Part shown: piece after piece, positions 7,898 to 12,684 of the stretch
Layout of the letters: each line of letters begins with the position of its first letter
Position numbering within the stretch: the stretch's first letter is position 1
Source of the DNA: Octopus sinensis
Taxonomy: Eukaryota
Direction: 5' to 3'
Length of the DNA: 12,684 nt
Assembly (NCBI RefSeq): GCF_006345805.1
Contig: NW_021826504.1
Coordinates: 1-12,684 of the forward strand
Position numbers and translations under genes: made by a program
Notes under the pieces: generated by a model
What the model saw: the letters and a program-made list of their open reading frames with translations, nothing else
Database searches by the model: none
What the model was told of the DNA's origin: nothing

Positions 7898-7900
7898 TTA

Positions 7901-8215
7901 TCGCGAGAAATCACTCACATTGACGCTATTTGAAACTGGGACAAATTTATCAAATATTATTGCTAATAATGAATTTGATTTAATGTCGATAAGTTCTAAT
8001 AATATGTTACATGTTATTTTCATTTTTCCTCTTTTTCTTGGTTCGGTAAATGGAAACGGGTTTATAAAAGCGAGTATGCAGTTTTCTTCAGTAAAATCAT
8101 GAAAACAGCCTTCAACAATTTTATTTTGTTTTCCAACACAATTCCCAAAATTATCCTCAGCACATTTTCTTCTTTCAAGTGTGGAAACTGGTTCAAATGC
8201 TCGTTTTAAGCATTT
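7901..8215 (-). other. 105-codon stop-free reading frame with no N-terminal ATG (possible exon, pseudo-exon or TE ORF fragment)
   Basis: Manual translation: KCLKRAFEPVSTLERRKCAEDNFGNCVGKQNKIVEGCFHDFTEENCILAFINPFPFTEPRKRGKMKITCNILLELIDIKSNSLLAIIFDKFVPVSNSVNVSDFSR, stop at 7900-7898. A GTGAGT donor lies at 7918-7913. No recognised homology. Confidence 0.3.
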
Positions 8216-8608
8216 TCATAAGTTTATTCTAAACGTCCATGCTCGTTTTCAGACGTTTTAGTTAAGTTCTTTCATAATTTCCGAGTAATATAAAGCTCTC
8301 CTTTCATAAGTCCCAAGTTACTCTGCTGGTTTAAAAAAAAAAAACAGAAATGTGTATCATATATGATGCATGCACACCAAGGAAAAATATCCTGTATATC
8401 AGGTGATACACAAGACAGGTAAAGTGTAAATAAGAAACACAGATCCCTAAAATCCTTTATTCCGTTGCCAGTCCAAAGCATTTTCATAAGTTTGTCCTGA
8501 ACGTCCATGTTTGTTTTCAGGCTTTTAGTTAGCCTTTCTTTCATACTTTCTAAGTTATATACAGCTTTACGTTCCTAAGTCTCACGTTACGTTACTGGTT
8601 GAAAAAAA
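8208..8608. repeat. Diverged direct repeat of about 133 bp (8208-8340 and 8476-8608)
   Basis: Manual alignment gives about 80% identity (about 23 mismatches, 3 gap positions). Both copies begin AAGCATTTTCATAAGTTT and end CTGGTT-A-run. Confidence 0.9.
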
Positions 8609-8699
8609 TGATGATGTATATACGAGAATTAATTTCATTTTCTAGGCATGGACATCCTTTACTGAGTTAGGAGAAATTAAAAATTAATTTTATTGTTTC

Positions 8700-8978
8700 C
8701 TAAAGGTAAAGTTGACCTAGTGGAAATTTGAACTCAGAAGGCGGAAAAAAAGGCTTCCGAAGCGCCAAAGGTTCAGCCAGCTCACCACTTTAATAATCCT
8801 TCTTATTATAGACACACGACCTGAAATTTTGGAGGATGGTGATAGTAGATTACATTGACCCCGGTACTGGACTGGTACTTATTTTATCGACCTCAAAAGG
8901 AAAGTCGACTTCGGTGAAATTTGAACTCAAAACGTAAAAACGGACGAAATACCGCTGGCGATTCTGCTAGCTCTCCGT
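8700..8978 (-). mobile_element. Tandem SINE family B arrangement: a monomer (8790-8978, deletion in the head) followed by a second head fragment (8700-8789)
   Basis: The + strand reads TTTGAACTCA twice (about 8726 and 8920), CTGGTACTTATTTTATCGACC, the tail TAATAATCCTTC...CCTGAAATTTTGG, and the head ends GATTCTGCTAGCTC and CCAGCTCACC. Confidence 0.8.
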
Positions 8979-9304
8979 CTGTCGATGTTTCTATCCTGCA
9001 TTTTCAAATTGAGATCTTTGAGATGGGTTGTGATATCAACTAAAAACTACTAAATGAAATAATTAACTGTTACCACATATAAGGGTCATTTTTCAGTCCT
9101 TTTTTTTCAAGCCCTTCATTTTTCTCTTCTCGAGAATTATGAACAGTAGGTTACCAAAATTTAGTCAGGACCTATCCTCTAAAAAGCCGTCTCATCTCGC
9201 AATGGAGAACAAGATTGCCATGTTTTTAACCTAATGTTATGGGATACACTCTGATTATTCGTATGTTTAATCCGTTTTGGGTTGGGTTTTTTTTTCCTTG
9301 TGCC

Positions 9305-9395
9305 CTAGGGCTTATAAGGTCGGTTATCCGGTCACCATGGTTATTAAGGGATCGAGATCACATTACTCCGAACGGGACGCCGATCCATTGCGGGA
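9305..9395 (-). mobile_element. Possible 3' fragment of a third SINE family
   Basis: The minus strand reads GCAATGGATCGGCGTCCCG...ACCGGATAACCGACCTTATAAGC, resembling from memory a further octopus SINE tail. No second copy in the window confirms it. Confidence 0.3.
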
Positions 9396-9397
9396 GT

Positions 9398-9967
9398 CAA
9401 AGCCAATAATTTTGAGGGGGAAAAAAGGCAAGTCGATTACATCGACACCAGTATTTCACTGGTACTTCATTTTATCGACCCCGATGAGATGTAAGACAAA
9501 GCTGACCACGACAGAATGTAAAGAGAAGCAAGAAATGCCGCTAAGCATTTTGCCCGACGCTCTTTTACATGTTTCAGTCATGTGACTGTGGCCATGCTGG
9601 AGCACCGCCTTTAGTCGAGCATATCGACCCCAGGACTTATTCTTTGTAAGCCTAGTACTTATTCTATCGGTCACTTTTTGCCGAACCGCTAAGTTACAGG
9701 GACGTAAACACACCACCATCGGTTGTCAAGGGATATTTGGGGGGTGGGCAAACACAGACACACTGACATATACATATATACGACGGGCTTCTTTCAGTTT
9801 CCGTCTACCAAATCCACTCACAAGGCTTTGGTCGGCCTGAGGTTATAGTAGAAGACACTTGCCCAAGGTGCCACGCAGTGGGACCGAACCCGGAACCATG
9901 TGATTCGTAAGCAAGCTATTTACCGCACAGCCACTCCTACGCCTTACGATTCTGCCAGCTCACCGCC
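9398..9967 (-). mobile_element. SINE family B (B-box segment deleted), interrupted by SINE A at 9560-9943
   Basis: GTCGATTACATCGAC..CTGGTACTTCATTTTATCGACCCCGA...GCCGCTAAGCATTTTGCCCGACG (to 9559) resumes at 9944 as TTACGATTCTGCCAGCTCACCGCC, collinear with 10065-10275. Confidence 0.85.
9560..9943 (-). mobile_element. SINE family A, full length, the best-preserved copy
   Basis: The minus strand runs from the head GGCGTAGGAGTGGCTG through GGTTCGGTCCC, GGCACCTTGGGCAAGTGTC and GGGGTCGATATGCTCGACTAAAGGCGGTGCTCCAGC to the tail GTAAAAGAG. Confidence 0.93.
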
Positions 9968-10064
9968 CTGTAATGCTCGTACTCCTATGTTCACGCTTTT
10001 CACATCCTTGAACATAATATGCTACAAGGTTAAAGTTATTTTTACCCACCCAACTAAAATTGGG

Positions 10065-10275
10065 TTTTAAAGTTTGGCACAAAGCCAGCAATTTCGAGGG
10101 AGGGGTTAAATTGATTACATCGACCCCAGTACTTAACTGGTACTTATTTTACCGACCCCAAAAAGATGAAAAGCAAACTCAACACCGGCGGTATTTGAAC
10201 TCAGAACGTAAAGACGGATGGAATGACGCTGGACATTTGGCCCGGCGTGCTAACTATTCTGCCAGCTCGCCGCTT
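10065..10275 (-). mobile_element. SINE family B monomer, full length
   Basis: The minus strand reads GCGGCGAGCTGGCAGAATAGTTAGCACGCCGGG...CTGAGTTCAAATACC...GGGGTCGGTAAAATAAGTACCAG, with a tail like the one at 7640-7687. Confidence 0.9.
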
Positions 10276-10935
10276 TCCACCCAACTAATATTGATTCATA
10301 AATACAGTATATTATCATGTTTTACATGAAGAAAGCTGGAAATTTTCAAGCAAAATTGTAGCTCAATGTCTTTACTGGTCACCAACGAAGCTCTGTTACT
10401 ACAAATACTATTGAAACAATGTACAATGTATCTGGAGATTTTAGCACACCTTGTACTGAAACAAAACATTGCTAACGCACAGTCATATACATCTGTCCTC
10501 GTTTATCACTGGTTCATTTATCAAGAATCCTGGATAACACGGAACGCTCAATTGTGAACCATGTTACGTTTGTCACCATTTGATCTGAGATAACACGGGT
10601 AAACAAAGATTCTGTTTCGTCCGCAAAAGGTCACCTCAGCTACAATCCACAATGTTCAGGACAACTTCAGGTCACGCAATGAAACCTATTTTTCTTAATA
10701 CGTTCATTGATTCAAATATCACTGATTCATATAACACAGTGTGTGTGTTTTTAATCAAATGCTCGTGATAAACGAGGATAGACATTTTAATCTAAAATAA
10801 CTCATAAGAATACTTTATATATTGGTCTATCCGGTATATTTAAACCCTTTGTAGGACAGTCAATAAAGATACGCTGTTGTTGATGAAATTCGAACACTGG
10901 ATTGAAACTAGTCCAGCCGATCCTTCTCTACAAAG

Positions 10936-11087
10936 ACACACACACGCACACACACAAACTAACAAACATACACACACATACACAAAGAGACACACACAAG
11001 AACACACACACACCAGCAAATACACACTCACAAACACACACATACACACAAATACACACAGATACACACACAAATACACACACAAAC
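10936..11087. repeat. Imperfect (CA)n-rich simple repeat
   Basis: Direct reading. Confidence 0.9.
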
Positions 11088-11732
11088 ATGAGATACGTAT
11101 CTCAACGAATCAAGAATTTAGCTTGTGTGTTATTTACTATATCTTTATTTGTATTTATCACTGGCCACTTTGAGTTATTTCCCTTTGTTACATTTTCGTT
11201 TCTTTTATGCAAATTACCTAGGCCATAAATGCGTTCTCCTTCTTTCTTTCTTTCTTTGTATCTGTCAAATCGTCTTATTCTGGTAAAGATAAGGTAGAAG
11301 AACAGCTGTGCTGACGAAGCCTACTTTAGACAAAACCACATGTCCACAGCTGTTCTCATCTCTTCAAACAGTCAGTCTGTCTTGTTACTTGACATTATCT
11401 TCCATTTTCATTTGGAGTTGGTCCCGATCACCACCAGGCGTTGATCGTATTTTTTTTTTTTTTTGAAAGCGGGAATAATTTCAATAACTCAAGAATTTTT
11501 CTTGTACATAATATACATTTATTCATCTATGTTGTCCAAAGACAGGCTATTGGCCACTGAGTTATCTCTATTAGCAGCTTATCGTCTCATATATGTGTGC
11601 ATTTGCTTGTGTGTGTATGCATCTTTGTGTATGATGCGTGTGGGTTGATGTGCATGTGTGTATTATGATTTCGCTTTGTCATAGAGAAACTTAAAACCAG
11701 TTTTTAGAACTCAAGATACTTTTGCTGTAGAA

Positions 11733-11842
11733 CAGTCACTCACAACCAGGGTCCATATGGCCCCTGAATGCTCATATAAGATTTTGGAGGGCCACACAAC
11801 AAAATAGTTGACTGGGGATGCACAATAGTGTTTTAAGAGCAC

Positions 11843-11845
<3 letters not shown>
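11733..11845 (+). mobile_element. Short hAT-like MITE remnant of the same family as 251-310
   Basis: 11733-11781 aligns to 251-299, sharing CAACC.GGG.CCATATGGCC..TGA...CATA.AAGA. A possible decayed right end lies at 11830-11845; no TSD is visible. Confidence 0.5.
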
Positions 11846-11921
<76 letters not shown>

Positions 11922-12048
11922 TATATTTATATATTACACACACACACACATGTATATATACATGTATTATGTATGTATGTATGTATGTATGTATGTATGT
12001 ATGTATGTATGTATGTATGTATGCATGTATGCATGTATATATATATAT
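11846..12048. repeat. Compound (TA)~36, (CA)n and (TATG)n microsatellite
   Basis: Direct reading; pure (TA) 11846-11918, (TATG) about 11968-12022. Confidence 0.95.
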
Positions 12049-12298
12049 CATTGGAATAAAATGACAACATGGTCTTTTTTTCACGTTTTTTTATTATTAT
12101 ATTCCAAAAAATATTTTCTACAATGTTGAATTGTGCTAAACATTAAAAAATATTTTGTAATGTTCATAAAGTTCAATTAGGGCTTTCATGCATTCGTAGT
12201 AATTATCGAATTTCAAAATGTATTGACTGACAGTTGAGCCGAGTGCCTGACAACTGTAGTAAGATGACTGACTTTTTCCTTTTTATACTTTTTTGAAG

Positions 12299-12373
12299 GC
12301 TTCGACAAGCTGACCACTCAGCATGCAACTTAAAGATCACGGTTTCCCGGGCGCACCGATATTACTGGCATAG
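12299..12373 (+). CDS. Candidate 75-nt symmetric (phase 2-2) internal exon, -LRQADHSACNLKITVSRAHRYYWH-
   Basis: A T-rich tract (CTTTTTCCTTTTTATACTTTTTTGAAG) ends in AG at 12297-12298; AG|GTGGGA donor at 12374. One frame is open and the sequence is GC-richer than its flanks. Both sites are non-optimal and I recognise no homology. Confidence 0.22.
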
Positions 12374-12434
12374 GTGGGAGTTTTCTGTAATTTGTTTATA
12401 TTCATATATTAAAAATATTTTTTAAACCACATCA

Positions 12435-12684
12435 TTAACTGGTTGTTTTATCATTGTTGCCATTTCCGTTCAGAACAGGTTTGAACATTTTAATGAAGTG
12501 TTTTTCTTTTATCTTTCTTCGAACCTTATTTGTGCCATGTAGTTTGTGGGAAGGAAAATTTAGAAACATTTTCTGACCATAGGTTTCTATATGTTCACTT
12601 TGGCGAACATTAGTGTTCAGGATTTGTTGTCTGTGAACTTGTGAGTACAAATATAGTGCAGATTAGTACTATAGTGGATTATCT
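12435..12684 (-). mobile_element. Decayed Penelope-like retroelement (PLE) fragment encoding the C-terminal half of a GIY-YIG endonuclease
   Basis: The ORF reads VHRQQI...SEHI...F.FP..KL...N..RRKIKEKHFIKMFKPVLN, matching my recollection of the PLE GIY-YIG C-terminus (H-x-Q-x-I, catalytic-type Glu in R-x-x-x-E, terminal K-P-x-L-N). In-frame stops just upstream show decay; the GIY/YIG motifs would lie beyond the window. Confidence 0.7.

Noticed and set aside
9111-9233. Open frame PFIFLFSRIMNSRLPKFSQDLSSKKPSHLAMENKIAMFLT* after a T-rich AAG
   Set aside because: Short, with a weak AAG acceptor and no recognisable homology; within chance expectation.
10340-10740. Unique segment with short ORFs and a repeated GATAACACGG 10-mer
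   Set aside because: No convincing splice sites or protein motif; a two-copy 10-mer is not enough evidence.
12335-12368. Possible hammerhead ribozyme remnant on the minus strand (CGG-TGCGC-CCG stem followed by GGAAAC) downstream of the PLE ORF
   Set aside because: The CUGANGA core is absent (CCAGTAATA instead) and stem I cannot be formed; at most a decayed relic, and only a covariance-model search could rescue it.

Overview
AT-rich, repeat-dominated eukaryotic non-coding DNA (intronic, UTR or intergenic). The tRNA-derived SINE families and the density of (TA)n, (CA)n, (TATG)n and (GATA)n arrays match what I recall of Octopus (coleoid cephalopod) genomes; this assignment is from memory, not a search. 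There is no confidently identifiable gene, and most ORFs in the supplied track are translations of microsatellites or SINEs. The window holds about ten SINE copies or fragments from two head types (called A and B here), several nested or tandem. It also holds hAT-like MITE ends, a decayed Penelope-like GIY-YIG endonuclease C-terminus at the right edge (minus strand), and a simple-repeat domain of about 2.2 kb (4127-6362). The best leads are two apparent locally templated insertions (2345-2508 matching 4774-5256; 7352-7488 matching 8712-8835), a close inverted SINE pair able to form long dsRNA, reciprocal SINE nesting, and three weak exon-like or ORF segments (65-196 +, 7901-8215 -, 12299-12373 +). 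I found no convincing new biological system; the findings are leads only.
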